Shown piece by piece: positions 9,139-23,200 of a DNA stretch of 64,000 nucleotides. The notes beneath the pieces are model-generated. The model made no database searches, was not told the DNA's origin, and saw only the letters and a list, made by a program, of their open reading frames with translations. Both the position numbers and the translations under genes were made by a program. The stretch is taken from assembly GCA_013239625.1 (NCBI GenBank), contig MU055753.1, positions 3,706,153 to 3,770,152 on the forward strand. The letters are read 5' to 3'. Source of the DNA: Lama guanicoe (Eukaryota). Within the stretch, counting starts at the first letter, position 1; every line of letters begins with the position of its first letter.

Positions 9139-12100
9139 CTACAGCAGGTCCCTGATGTACAGGCTGCGACGCACGGCATTGGAGACACCCTCCTTGAAGC
9201 GGAACCAGACGTCACTCCTGCCCACCGCAGTGCCCATGTGCCGTTCAGCTGTGTCGGTCTCAGGAGCTGCATCCTCTGTGGGGGCCACAGAGCTGTTCCT
9301 ACACCTGACTCTGACCCCACCCCTGCACCATCCCCACCGCCCCCTACACACCTGCACTTGGGGCTGCTGCTCTCCTGACAACCACACGGCCAAAGAAGTC
9401 CCTCTCAGGCTGAAAGAGACAGGCTGGTCAGGCTCATGGAGACTGACCCACAGCGGACAGTCCCCTACCCAAGGAGCCATTAGAGAGGAGGAGGGCCCAG
9501 AGGCCATCTCCCAGTGAGGAGGGGTCTTGTGGAATCTCTGGGCAATGGCCCCTCTCCCCTCACTCCAGCGCTGACCTTAGCAAATGTTCCCTCCACCCTT
9601 CAATAAGGTCAGGTCTGGGGTAGGAAGTGCCAGCACCCTGCCCAGATGGGACGCTGAGCCCAGGTAAAACCATCACGCTGATCAGCAGGGAGCCAGACCT
9701 TCAGGGCTTAGAATCAGCCCACCTCAAGGTCACCGGCTCCAGCCCAGCAGGCTCCACCTTCTAGCCACCTAGCCCCGCACCCACTGTCTCCCACCCCTAC
9801 ATCCGCCCCACACCTGCTCCTCCAGAGTGGCTTTCTTCATGATGCACTCCAGCTGCTGCTTGTGGCTATATGGGGCAGGTGGCTGCGCCCCTTTCTCCCC
9901 AGTGCTCCCCAGCGGACCCTCGGCCCCCAGGGCATCTCCGTCCACCTGCAAGAAATTGAGTATAGTGAGAGATGACTGAGCAGGACCACACCAGGGACAG
10001 TGTCCACTCTGAGAGCCTTGCTCTGCCTAGGTGGGCTCACCTGGGGGCTGTCCCTAGCCCGAGCCAAGACCTCCACCCGCCGCATCTTCTCCACTTCAAT
10101 CTCGCGGGCAATGAGCTGCTTGGCCTGGTAGGTGAGGGGCTTGCGGGCAGGCAGCTCGGGAAAGCGGCAGACCTCTTCCACATTCCTGTGCTCACGGTGA
10201 GCAGGGCAGGGCAGGACACCAAGGCACCCAGTCAGCAGGGACAGGGACAGGAGCTACTCACCACAATGACCCCAACTGCCGGAACGCAACAGCTGCAGTA
10301 CGGAGTCCAATCCTGGCACTGCCGTGCCCCAGCCTCATGGCAGCAGCAGGGATTATCTAGCCTGAGCTTTGGTTTCCCTAGCCGTATATGGGGATGAAGA
10401 GGGCTGCACAGGGATGGTGTGACAAACTTGGCAGGGCATGAGGCTGAGGACTTGGGAACCACCATCATCGCTGCCTCCAGGATCTGCATCCAGGACACCA
10501 CTGGTGCCAGCCCTCCATCCCCATGACCGTCTCAGGACAGAGAATTGGAGCCCTGGGGAACTCAAGGGCCCTCTGGGGGAAGCCCCTGGGGGGCACTAAG
10601 GCAGAGAGAGACCCTGCAGTAAACTTCAGATCCCAGGGCTGTGCCCCACCAGGGGGCCCCCACGCCACAGTCACATATGGGTAAGGGCTGAGTTAGAACT
10701 GACTCCCCAACCCTCCAACAGGGAAACTGAGACTCACACATCTCACCAAGGCCACACTTTCAGACTCCTGCCAAGCAATAGCCAAGGCACCTAGCGCCCA
10801 GCCCCCACAGCCTCCCTGCCCCCAGGCACTGCACAGACTCACGGCTCCAGCCTGTAGACATACTGCCCATCAGGTGTGCGCTCCTGGCGGTAGGTCAGGC
10901 TGTAAGCAAGCATGGTGCCTACAAGGCTGGCCAGTTGCTGCTTCTCTCGGGTGCTGTACAGCTGCGTACTCACCTGTGGGGCAGCGGGCATGGGTGCTAA
11001 GCATGGCCAGGGGCCTGCCCCCACCAGAAGCCACACCCTCTTCTGGGCGAGGCACTCACGGGGCGCAGCTTGGGTGCGAGGATGTCCAGAAGCAGGCAGA
11101 GGGTGTCCAGGACGAGGGCTTGGGGTGCTGCCCGGCTGCGGGTGGCTGGTGTGATGCCTGACACTAGTGTCTGAATCAGGTTCTGTGTCCGGCTCATGCG
11201 ATTCTGGGCCTGGGGTGGAGGGTGAATCAGGACTGGGTCACTCAAGACCCCTAGGCTGGACCCTGGGCATGGGCAGGGTGCGGGGCACACCTCCTGCTGG
11301 CTGCTGGGGAAGGCGATCCTCGGCACACGGCTGGAGGCGAAGAGCAGATGGAAGGCTGGGGGCAGGAAAGGCAGGTAGCGCAGCAGCTGGAAGCTCTGGC
11401 TGTGGTGGGCAGCCTGGCCCAGCAGGTCATCAAAGGCCAGCCAGTCGAGGGCTGCACACACAGCGCCCAGGCTGGAGTCCCGCAGCCGTAGCCGCAGGAA
11501 ATTGTCGAACAGGCCCTGTGGGCAACAGGCCAGTTCCTGAACCCCTACAGTCCCACACCCCCTCCCCCCAGTACAAGCACCACCCAGCAGGACCCCTCAT
11601 CTCCCACCTGCCTGTGAGGCCAAGGAGCTCAGGCACAGCTGCAAATACCAGTGAATGGCCCGGGGCCCTGAGGGTGGCCAGGAAGGCCCATCCTGGTGCC
11701 TCGACTCTGGTTTGACCAAAACCCCAAGACATGTGAGAAAGAAGCCCCCAGCCTCTCCCTAAAGAAAGTTCTGTCCACCAGAATTGAGAGCATGGAGTTC
11801 CCACTCATTCCTCGTGGGAGTCCCTCCTCTCCCGCCACCATGCTGCCCTCCACAGAGTGGATTTCCGGATTTGCAAGGATCCCCAGCTGCTAATCCAAAG
11901 CTGCTTAGTTAGGGAGGCAGCTTATACCAGGCTTCCCAGCGGGTGGGGGGCATCTGCCACCTGCTCTCCACACCACACACACCCTCATCCACGTTCCTGC
12001 AGCTCACATCCAGAATCCCCACCCCATCCCTAGCCACTGCTGCCACCCTTTAGATAATTCCCAGAGAGCAGCCAGAGTGACCCCGTTAGATGACGCCCAC

Positions 12101-15100
12101 ACCAGCCTTCCCTCTCCTGGCATGGGTCAGTTCTTCCTCCTGGCTCCCTATCCCTGCTCGTCACTCCTCTAAGAAGTCTCCCAAAGCCCTGTGCCTGCTC
12201 CCCTCCCTCCTGTCCCCCCTGTTTCTCCTCGGGCTGAGCCCTGTCTGGAGACAAAGAACACTGCCAGATGCTGGTCTCCTGTCCTATCCCCCTACAAAGG
12301 TTTGAGGTGGAGCAGTTACCTGGACCACCTTCTCGTGCTCCCCTGCAGAGGCGGCCATGTGCAGAATGTGGTAGAACCGCTGCGAGGCCAGGGTCATGGG
12401 CGCCTCAGCAGTGAGGGGCTCCGAGCCTGCGTGCCCATCACTGAGCAGAAGCACGTGGGTGGGCAGGGTCGGGTCCTGACCCACGCGGTGCCTACAGAGA
12501 TGGTGCTAAGGCTGGAATGGAGCCCCCAACACATCACCCTGTACGCCAGCCCCACCCACTAATTCCCCCCGGTGGCACTGGCTCCTGTACATTTACCACA
12601 CCCTGAAATCCCACAAAAGGGGCGATGAGGGAGCTCGAGCCAGAGCAAAGCAGCCCCCAGGGCCCATGCAGCCTTAGATCCTGTCCACAAAGGCAGAACT
12701 GACTAGCATCCCGGGACCAAGGCACCAGGGACATCCAGACCAAGGCTGGTCTACCTACCTCTGGGCCCGGGGCAGCTGGAAGACCTCCTGCCACACAGAG
12801 AAAAGCCCCTTGCGCTGGTCCTTGAGGCCTATGCGTGTGGTCTGCACAGCCTGAACACTCAGCTCCCGCTGGCCCCGCCCATGCAGGAACTAGACACAGG
12901 GAGTGGGGAGTAAGAGGTGGCTGACACCTGCCCAAGCAGAAATCTAACAAGGGGTCAGGGGCAGACGGCGAGAGGAGGGCCACCTGCCTACCTGCAAGGC
13001 GTTGATGCAGGCGCGGATGTCATTGTCTGTCTTTTCACAGAGGGCTGCCAGTGCACCTCGGTCACCGTGCATGCCCTGCTGCAGGGCAATCTGCAGGGAG
13101 TAGGAGGGTGGGTGTCTGCCCCCAGGGCCCCACCCTGTGGCCACCTCCTCTCTAGAAACAAGTGAACAGCTCTTATTCTACAAGGAGCAAAGACTGTAGA
13201 TCTCTATGGAAGGACCTCAGTCACTGCTTGGAACCATCCACCACCCGAGACCACCAGTCTCCTCCACCCCACGTCCTGGGCCCAGCTGGGGGGCTGGGGA
13301 GCCTGATGGCAGAGGGGAGGGCAGCCTCCACAGACCTCATGGAGCCGCTGTGTGAGCCTGGCGGGCAAAGTGGGTGGAAAGTGGAGCAGAAGAGCCTGCT
13401 GCTTCAGCTGCCGCAAGGAGGGCGCAAACCTAGGGGGATGATCAGTGTCCAAAGGGTTATCTGCCTGGCCTGGGCACCAGGGAGCAGGCAACAGCCCAGT
13501 AGGTAAAGGATCAGGGGCCAGGTGGGGGCACACCTGCCCAGGGGAGACCCCGCCCTGCCCCACTCACTGGTCATTGCAGATGCAGATAATGGGCCTCATC
13601 AGGAGCCCCTCCTCTGCCCGGCGCCGCCGCCCCCCACCCATGGGCATGGCTGGGCCCCTTGGCTCTGCCTCCTGTGGGCCCTTACGGTCCAGGATGCTCA
13701 GGAGAACATTGATGGCAGCCTGAAAGAACATGCAGACAGTGTGGTAAGCCACAGCCCCCATGGCCCACCTGCCAGCCCACCCACCACACACCCAGGAGGC
13801 CCACCGTGGGGGCCCCGTCGATCTCATCGATGACCAGACAGTTGGGCTTCCCACCAGTGCCCAGCACTGATTCCATCTGCGTAGCCGCTTCAATGCGCGT
13901 GCGAAAGGCCTCAGGGCTGCGGTCGTCACTGGAACCATAAGGCCAGGAAAAGGCTGTCAGGACAGCCGTGGCCTCAGCCAGGGTGACAGCCAGTTTCCCT
14001 GGCAGGATGATCTCCCAAGGCAGAGCCACCATGCCTACACCTCAAGGGTACTACACGAGGCTACCCCATGACACTGTGGTCAAATTCCAAATCCCAGTGA
14101 GCCCTAAGAATGGACAAGTTCCACTGCCCCTGGACCCTGGACCCCAGCTCCACCTTCAATCCAGGCTTTCAGGGCTGTCCCCCAGACTCGACCAGACATG
14201 TCAGGGCAGACAGGAGGCCCAGCCTTTCCCTCCACTCACCTCGCATTCATTTCCACCACGGAGTACCCAGCGTGCCGTGCAATCACATGGGCCAGAGTGG
14301 TCTTGCCCAGCCCTGGGGGCCCACACAGCAGCGCCACCTGCAGTCGAGGCAGAAGAAAATGTGCTGCAACCCTCACCACCTTGAGGACTCTGAGAGCCCC
14401 CAGCCCAACTGCCAGAGAGTGAAAATCCTGTCTGTTCCATGAAGCTTGGTGCTGAGAGACGTCCCCCTGTGCCACCCCAGTCACCAAAGAAGAACAAGCC
14501 CCAGACTGCTCGTGGCACAGAGCAAGAAGTAAGGAGGGGATCTGACAGACATAGCCATTACTGACATGACTGACGTCTAGAAACCACCCACAGTCCCACC
14601 GTGATCACTGAGGGGGGATGTTAAGGTCCTTCAAGGAGAGCTGACTTCACCTAAGTCATTAGGACAAAGTACTCAAGCCCCAGCTCAACTCCCTTGGGGT
14701 GGAGCTGGCTCTCCACGCCAAGACCCTGACATAAACCCACAACCAAAAGAGCAGTAAATGGTCCCCAAAGTCCAGACCCTGGGCTCAGAGGCCTGTGCAG
14801 CACAGTCAGGTGTTGCTCACCTTCTGTCGGGGCCGCCGGCTTGGGTCCAGCTCGGCCTCTAGCATCTCCTCTAGCACCTGCTCATGGCTCTTCCACTTGC
14901 TGGAGGCCGTAGTCTCTTTGCCTCCACGGGCCAACTCCACACTGGGCCTGGGTTTCCGGGCAGGCCTCTCTCGGCCAAACACCACCAGATCCCACAGCTT
15001 TAGCCACTTGAGGAGGCAGCGGTTAGTGAACTGTGGGAAGAGAGGCCTGGCCTGGAGGAGACACCAGCACCAAGGACTCCTCTTGCCTGCCTCTCACATC

Positions 15101-17510
15101 AACTTGCCCTTACAAGATCAAAGACACACACAGGGACACTGAGTGACAAGAGAGTGATGCCTGGTCACACTGCTGGTGAGCGACAGAGTCAGGCTCACAC
15201 CAAGGCCACCTTCCCCACAGCCCAGGCTTTGACCCCTCCAGGACCCCTGCCCACTATCTCCAAGAGCATCTCAGCATCAGCTACTGTGAGAAACATAAAA
15301 CATAAGTGACCAGCAACACTCTGTCCCCGTACTGGCCTCAATTTCCCATCTACAATTCAACAAGGCTGACCAAAGCCCTCCCCTAAATCCTGACACCTCC
15401 ATGGACTGGCAACACAAAGATGTGCTAAACCCTGAGTTTTTTCTTTTCAGTAACAAAGAAACCAGTCACACTTGAGCAAAAACAAGGTCTCACATCATCA
15501 CTGAGCAGCTCCGTATAGTGCTGGGGAGCGAATTTATCTACCCAGAGGCAATGCTGGGAGACATCTCGGCCATCAGCCACCTCCTCCTCCGGGGCTCCCA
15601 AAGGCTGCGCTTCCTCCTCCTCTGACCTGAGACTGGAGAACATCGTACACTGAGCCATTAGGCCTTAACCACGTGCAGGGACCACACCCCCCCCCCCAGA
15701 ATACAGGCTGGGGATCAGCAGTCCAAAGTCTGGTGAGGACCCGAGGGGTGGAGGGGCCCACCACCGTGTCACCTGCACAGTGTCTCCGAGAGCCGCTGGG
15801 CCTCCTCCAGCAGTCGCTGCCGCCGCTGTACAAACAACAAGGATCAGAATGGCTCTGCCAGTCACCCCAGAACTACCTCTTCCCTCCCAGCAAACCCCAG
15901 CAGACCCCACCTCGCTGTCTACTTTCTCCTTCAGGGAGGCAAAGGACACACCCAGTAGGTCCAGCTGGCCACCGCCACGCCACCGGATATCAAGGAAAGG
16001 GCTCTGCAGGGAAAGGAGGACAGCAGTCAACCCCTCCTCCATTATGAGATTCCCTCAGTCCCCTTCCTAACAGTGCTCAGAGACCCAGGTAGTATTCCGT
16101 AGCATAAGCAGGCCACAAGGAGCCCCCTCTCACCAGGGACCCCAAGGGGAGAAATCACTGGGGTGTGGGGTGGGGCCAGCTCTAAGAGGGAGGAGAGGAA
16201 AGGTGAAAGAAGATGAAAGAGGAGAAGGAGGGAGAAAGAAAAGGGGGAGGGGGGAGGAGGATTAGGAGGAAGAAGAAGGAGGGGGTGGGGGGAGAAGGAG
16301 GGAGGCAGCCCTCCCCAGTGGGTGACTGGAGGCCAGGTGGAGCTGGAGAGGGGTCCTCCTGGGTCAGAGTGGGGATATGATGTCCAGGCCCCTACCTGTG
16401 GCTACACAGCACCCACCTGCACCCCAGTGCCCACTGGGTCAGCCCGCAGCACCAGGAAGACCCGGTCACCACACGTAGAGGTCACGTTGACATAGTCCTC
16501 CAAGACAGGGGGCCGCCTCAGGACAGGATTGCGGGTGGCTGGTGAGGCCGGAGTGAGATCCACATCAGCCCCGGTGTCCAAAGGCCTGGGAAGGGATGAG
16601 GTGATGTGCGGATTCTCACCTCCTGTTACTCTCAGAGAAGGGGCCCAGACTCAATCCCAGCTACCCAGCACTCCCACAGGCCCACAGGCCAGGAATCTTG
16701 TCTGTGGAATGGGATTTTTCCAAGGCCACCTGGACACCTGTGCCCCAAGCCACACACCCCTTGCTCCACAGCTCAGCAGGGACCTCAGGACTCAGTGGGG
16801 GGGTGATGTCCCGACTCAGGGAGTCAGGAAGCAGGGGCTCTTCCATCTCGTCGGGCCTGAAATTCAGTCTCCTGGCAGCCTCCAGCTTGGACCGTTTGAC
16901 TTTGGGGGCTAGGGAGACATATGGAAGTAAGAAATATTATTCCCCATTCTTGCACCCCACCCCTATGCCCTGGGGCCCCGCAAACGTACTGGAGGGCAGG
17001 GGTCCGTCCCCCTGGATGTCAGCGGGCAGCTGCCTCTTCCTGGCACTGTCCTTGCAATGCCCTGGAGGTCCAGCTGGAGAGTAGTAAGTGGCAACATTCC
17101 CTCTAGCAAGGGCCTCTTCGAACGTCAGGCGAGGCTGGCCCACGGTGGGCCGGGGGCCACTGGAGGATGACAGGGGGGCTGTCCCTGCGGAAAGAAGGCG
17201 TACATCAGCCGCCCACTGCAGCCTGTCTGCACACAGTCACAGCCCCACAGGCGGCGGCACTGAAAGGCCCTGCTCCCTCCGACGCGCCCCTGCCTAAGGC
17301 AGTTGCTGCCTCTCGACCTTCGCGCCTCCCCTTCTATGAGTAGCCCTCTTGAACTCCCGGGGGCGCCAGAACCCTTGCCGGGCTTCCGGGGACGAGGCCG
17401 CGGCAAGGCCCATGCCCACCTTCCAGCTCGGCTAGCACCTCGAGCTCGGCCGCAAACTGGCTATGGAAGTCGTCCTCGACGCCGCACAGCTCCCACTCGT
17501 AGTCCTCCAT
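9139..17510 (-). CDS. CHTF18: Chromosome transmission fidelity factor 18 (RFC-like clamp loader AAA+ subunit), 22 coding exons, about 982 aa
   Basis: Exons (- strand): 17510-17420, 17184-16990, 16908-16758, 16585-16417, 16003-15911, 15825-15773, 15632-15494, 15030-14821, 14337-14240, 13928-13805, 13719-13568, 13429-13336, 13090-12992, 12889-12759, 12491-12320, 11515-11291, 11209-11060, 10973-10843, 10185-10041, 9945-9814, 9409-9352, 9275-9139; all GT-AG and in phase. Starts [15 protein letters not shown]; [17 protein letters not shown], Walker [15 protein letters not shown], Walker B DEID; ends [23 protein letters not shown]. Confidence 0.97.
16185..16305. repeat. Polypurine/polypyrimidine low-complexity tract in CHTF18 intron 4
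   Basis: About 120 nt of almost only A/G on the + strand, with several G4-6 runs. Confidence 0.8.
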
Positions 17511-17519
17511 GGCCGCCAG

Positions 17520-17870
17520 CTGACCCGCCACGGGCCGCAGGGTCCGAACCTCCCGCGCCGTGCGCGCCGCTCCCGCCCCGAGCGACCCGGCGCCGCCAAT
17601 CAATAGCCGACGTGCCCGGCGGCTCTCTCCATTGGTCAACAGGCGAGGCGGGGCGTGGGCGGGGCTGCGCGCGCAGGCTGGGCAGGGCCGAGTCCGCTCT
17701 CTGGAGCCAAAGCAGCAGGCTCCGGTGCTCTCCATTGGTCAGCACGGCCGCCCGTCCGCTGCTTGGGCGTGGCGTGTCCGGGGCGTGGGCGGGGCTGCGT
17801 GCGCAGGCCGAGCGGGGCTAGGTGCGACTCAGTGGTCCGAGTGGCGCCTCTGGGGTCGCTGGACCACTAG
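17520..17870. promoter_or_regulatory. Bidirectional CpG-island promoter shared by CHTF18 and RPUSD1
   Basis: Head-to-head genes; three CCAAT boxes (17596, 17631, 17733), GC boxes GGGGCGTGGGCGGGGC, NRF1-like TGCGCGCGCA/TGCGTGCGCA and E2F-like TCCCGCG. Confidence 0.85.
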
Positions 17871-18504
17871 GTGCGGAGACGCGGGAGCAGGAGCCGGGGC
17901 TGGGCCGCTGCATCGGGGACCCGGACGGCGCGGCCCAGCTGCAGGTCGGCCCTGGAGTGGGCGGGGGCTCGGGAAAGGAGTGCAGCCGGGTTCCTGTCGG
18001 CATCGCTCGGCCTGTGCCCATCAGACGCGAGAGCGGGGATTTTGTGGAGGGATGGCAGGTCAGGGGGTGTCTGCGTGAGCGAGAGAGGACCCTGTTCCCC
18101 GCCTTTCACCCGACCCCACTCAGAAAAACTCTTATCGTGCGTCCATGGCCTGTCCGGGAAGGGACCGTGGGGGCGGGCTGGAGGGGAAGGCTGCTTCTCC
18201 CCAGGCCTGGATCTGGGCAGGACTGCCCCATAGCCAGAGCCCAGAGCAACACTAGCTTCTCTGACCTTAGCTGGATCCCTCACCCCAGCAGGTAGATAAC
18301 TTGCTACTTGACTCAGAGATGAGGATGCAAGCACACAGTAGGTCTGCAAGCTTGTCTGCTGCATAGGGTTGGTAGCTTCAGAGCGGGGGCCCAGGGGAGC
18401 AGGAGTGTCCACACTAGGTGGGCAGGGCCATGGTGTGGGGCTGAACACCCCATGACACACACCCCACCCACCCCACGCACTTGCCTCATATTGCAGGTGC
18501 CACC

Positions 18505-20275
18505 ATGGAGCCAGGCAGCATGGAGAACCTGTGTGTTGTGTACCGTAGCCATGACTTCCTGGTGGTGAACAAGCACTGGGACGTGCGCATCGACAGCAAG
18601 GCCTGGCAGGAGACGCTGACCCTCCAGAAGCAGCTGAGATACCGCTTCCCAGAGCTGGCAGACCCTGACACCTGCTATGGGTTCAGGTGTGCGGGAATTG
18701 GGTACAGGTTCCCACAGCACCCTCCATCGGGGGAAGCAGTCACCCCCAGCCCAGCCACCGCTGATCCTCTGCCCCATACCAGGTTCTGCCACCAGCTGGA
18801 CTTCTCCACCAGTGGGGCGCTCTGTGTGGCTCTGAACAAGGCAGCCGCAGGCAGCGCTTACAGGTGCTTCAAGGACCGACGTGTCACCAAGGCTTACCTG
18901 GCTCTAGTAAGGCGTGGCTGGTCTCTGGGGCAGGGGTCTCCAACTCTCAGTCCGCTTTGGCAGTCTCTGGGTGTTGGGTGGGCGCCCCAGAAGTGGCAGG
19001 TAGCCTGGCAAGCAGCATGTGACCCCGCTTGGCAGGTGCGGGGGCATGTCCAAGAAAGCCGGATGACCGTCAGCTATTCCATCGGCAAGAGCAGCACAGA
19101 AGGCCGGACCCACACCATGTGCATTGAGGGCACAGAGGGTACGAAAAGCAGGGGGTGGGGGCCAGGGGTACATGTTGTCCAGTGAGGACCCTGGGTGGGC
19201 TGGGGCAACCTGGGCAGGTGACCTAGGCTGGGGTGCACTCGGTCCCAGAGATGGTCCAGCCAGCTCTGAGCTTGCCTCACTCCCCTCAGGCTGTGAGAAC
19301 CCAAAACCAAGCCTCACGGAGCTGGTGGTCCTGGAACATGGGCTGTATGCAGGAAAGCCTGTCTCTAAAGTGCTGCTGCAGCCCCTCACAGGTATGTCCT
19401 GCGGTGGGGGCCCAGCAGCTGCTGGGGTCTCTTTGCTGCCTCTTATGTTGTCCTGCTTCTGATGGTGTCCTGCCTCAGGCATCTCCATCAAGAAGGAAAG
19501 GAACCTCCCCAGGCTCCCTTAGCATCACTGGCCAAACTGATTCCTCCCCCACGCTCAGCTCCACAGCCTGCAGCCTCTTGCCCCACATGGGGTTTTGCTG
19601 GTCTATGTTCTCCAGTGAACCAGGCACTGCTCCAGCCCTGCCTTCACCAGGGGAAACCCCAGAAGTTGCTTCCGTCTTGAGCTCTGACATCTTTATCTAT
19701 GGCATGAAACAGAGAGGTCTGCTGTCCCCTGGAGTTGCTTGAGGCTCCAAGGCCACAGTCAAGGACAGTGCTGGGCATGACGTGAGCGGGTAGGGGGTGG
19801 GCATGGAGTGGCACCCCCACCTGACCGACCCCCTCTCTTCCCCAAAGGCCGGACACACCAGCTGCGCGTGCACTGCAGTGCCCTTGGCCACCCCATCGTA
19901 GGGGACCTAACCTACGGCCAGGCCTCGGGCCAGGAGGACCAGCCTTTCCGCATGATGCTCCACGCCTTCTACCTGCGCATCCCCACAGACACCGAGTGCG
20001 TGGAGGCCTGCACACCTGACCCCTTTGTGCCTGCCCTTGATGCCTGCTGGAGCCCCCACACCTTGGTGCAGCCACTGGGTGAGCTCGTCCAGGTCCTGCG
20101 GGCGGCCCCAGACCCTGACCCCATAGATGGGGGCCTTGGGCCCTGCAGCCCCTCCACACCCCTGCCAGGGCCAGGCCGGCCCCCACCACCTCCTGCCAAG
20201 CCCCCTGAGACAGAGGCACAGCGGGCCTCATGCCTGCAGTGGCTGTCGGAGTGGACTCTGGAGCCAGACAACTGA
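18505..20275 (+). CDS. RPUSD1: RNA pseudouridine synthase domain-containing 1 (312 aa)
   Basis: Exons 18505-18686, 18783-18906, 19036-19138, 19290-19391, 19848-20275 (939 nt). RluA-type motifs [15 protein letters not shown] (catalytic Asp), [35 protein letters not shown] at 21041-21046. Confidence 0.97.
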
Positions 20276-23200
20276 GAACACTGTCCTGGGGTGGGGATGG
20301 CATACTGGGACCCCAAGGGGCAGGGGCTGTGGGTCAGAGCCCTGGACCAGTCCCTGCAGCGGCCAGGCCTGAAGAGGGGCTGGCAGGGCCAGCAGAGGAG
20401 CCAGGCAGCTGTGATTCCAGAGGATGGAGCCCTTGAGCTGTGGGACCCACACGGCCTCCCTCTTAGTCCCTCTGGGGAAATCGTGGCTGTTGCCCCAGAG
20501 CGCCTCCCTGGCTCCAAAGCCTCACCCCCAGGGGCTGACTTGTAGACTGGCTCTGGATCACCCTGGAAGAGGAAGAGCCAGGACCTGTGCCAGCCTCAAG
20601 GTGGGCTCCTCCTGGGCCTGCAGTGCCCCACTCCACATTGCTCTGCTTGGACCCTCTGTGCCCGTCACCCCAGCCTGGCTGGGTTCTCCACCTGCAGACC
20701 GTGACCCTCCCTGCTAGACAGGTCCTACCTTGTGCCTTCACTTTTGCCAAACTGCTCCGTCCGCCCACATCCGGAGCATCTCCCATGGAAGTGGGCGTGA
20801 GCCACACCCCCAGCTTCCACCTCGCTTGCCATTCCTCCAGACCCAATGTGAACGCTGCCCCTGTGGGGTCTTCCGGGCGCCAGGTCACAGATGCTGACTT
20901 CACCACCTGCTTGGCAGTTCCCAGTTAGCCACGGGTCATCAGACCTCAGCCTGGGAATGAGGGCAGTCACCCCAGAGCTTCCCCTATCCCCCACAACATG
21001 CCCACACTGCCCCAGGCACAGCTGGGCTCTTAGGACTCAGAATAAATGGTCAGTGACTGACTTTGCAAGTAACCATGAATGTGCCTGATGTGGGGTTCCG
21101 GGGGGGCCCAGACCCCCACCCCCATCCCTGCACTGGGCAGACCTTTGCTCAAGGCCTTCAGCAGAAACCAAGACAAACCTTGTGATCCTAATCTGCCACC
21201 CACCCCCTCATGTGGTGAACACCCTGCCACTCTGGTGTGGGGCTGCACTCTGAATTGGCACAAGTTGGGCCAGTCATATCCCTGGAGGACCCCCAGATAC
21301 TCAACAAAAACAGCAACCATCTGGTCTTACCAGGGTTCCTCGCTGAGTGCTTACCCTGGGGCACTCCAAAATCTCAGAATGCCATGAGAGGGCTGGTGCC
21401 TGGGCCTCCAGCCAGTTTGTGGTCACACATCTGTCCCTTCACCCAGCTGGGCCAGGCCCCTCCTCTCAGCTATCCAAGGCAGGCAAGCCCTGTTGTGGCG
21501 CTCCTGGGCTGGCCCCACTTGTAATCACAGTGGGATCTCAGCCAGGATGGAGCCAGAGGCAGCCACCCACCCACCAGTGGGGCCTCTGCAGAAATGCAGG
21601 TGCCAGCCACTGCCCCCTGCACCTCCGTTTCCTCTTCTGTAACTGGAGTACCACAGGGGCCCATGGAGTAGCACCCCAGACAGATGGTTACAGTGATGTG
21701 CCTAGCATGACCTTTCTCACTGGACTAGGGTGCAATGGGATTGTATCCCCGTTGCAGCCCTCTCAGCCCCTCATTTCCTCACTGAGAACTGCCCCACCTC
21801 CCCAACCTCCCTCCTACTGCCCTCATCCTCCACACTCTGCCCTCATCTCCCCTTCCCCACCATCCACCACTCTCCCCGCTTCTGTCATCAACTTACCTCA
21901 CTTCATTCCCTTCCCGGAACTTCTCCACTGTCTGCTCCCCATTTCTCATCCGCCCTACAAGTTGAGGACTGTGTTGGCCTTGCTCACTCTGTACTGAGTC
22001 CCTCACCTGGAGCACGGTCCTGGCCCACACACACTGCTCAGTGAGTGTCTGAGTAGAGAATGAAGGAAGGTTCCCCAAAGGACGGAAGGCCAGGAGCCCT
22101 TGTGTAGGCTTCCTGCTTCTCCCCACACCCCCTACACCCCCTCCTCACGCCCTTACCCTCAACACCTCCTGGGCGGTGCTCAGAGGCTGTCATGCCTGCT
22201 GCTGCCACATGGGGTCACTGCTGTTCCAGGTCTCAGCCCCATCCGCCTGAGCCTGCAGTGACCTTTGGAAGCTCTGCGTTCCATTTCCCTGGACATACCC
22301 AGTCGTTTCCCAACTGCTGGCACCTCCCAGAGGATCTGGGCCCACAGGGTTGTGGCCAAGCCAGGACCACCCTGACAGCCCTTCCTTCCACGTATGCCCC
22401 CAGGGGTCTCTCCCTGCCCAGTTCAGGCAGGGCTACCCCAAAACATCCCAGAGTGTCCAGGTCTCCTTCCCTGTCCCCCAGCAGCTAGCCACATGAGGGG
22501 AGTCCAGGGGTCCCTTTATATCTCCCTGGGGCATAGGTCCTGAAGTCAAGAGGACATTTCTCTTGTCAGACAGAAAAAATAATTTTCCTTCAGCTAGACA
22601 GCATCACCACTGTTCACCTACCCTCAGGTCCCAAGAAGCTGCTGGGGAGGCCAAGGGGCTGAAGACAGCCTGCTACTCCCGTCCCCACCCTTTTGGAGCC
22701 AGGAGTCCCAGTAGGGCCAGGATTTAGCCTCCACCCTATCCCACCCCATTGAGGGCGGGAGCTCCAGCTTCTACTTAGTGCCAAGTGGTCTGGGGAGGCA
22801 CTAGGAGGTCAGCCAGGAGCTGGGGACTTCGGTCAACTCTGACTGCCAGTCTGCCAAGTGGGAACTGTAGGCTGGGGAGGGATCTGGGGGAGACCAGAGG
22901 ACAGGTACGACCAGCTGCAGAACACTGACCTGGTTCAGGGCCCATGGGCTGAGCCTGCAGAGCAAGCAGCAAAACAGAAGATGGGCGGGCTGGACAGGCG
23001 GGCAGCTGCAGAGGGAGAGAAAGTGCGATAGAAGGGCAGACAGGCGGCCTGTGGGTCGGGACTGCCTGGGGGATGTTCCACATATGTTGTCCCACAGCCT
23101 GGCTCCTCCCACTGAAAAGCCCCTCTGAGAGCCCCCAGGGCCAGATCCCAACCTTGCTCCCTACAGGTAGGCTGCCTGCCCCTCCCAGGGTCCACCCAGC

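Noticed and set aside
10690-10790. MIR-like fragments (also about 15330, 23330, 35600, 39290)
   Set aside because: Recognisable only by the short ggaaactgag/cctcagtttc core, so boundaries cannot be supported.
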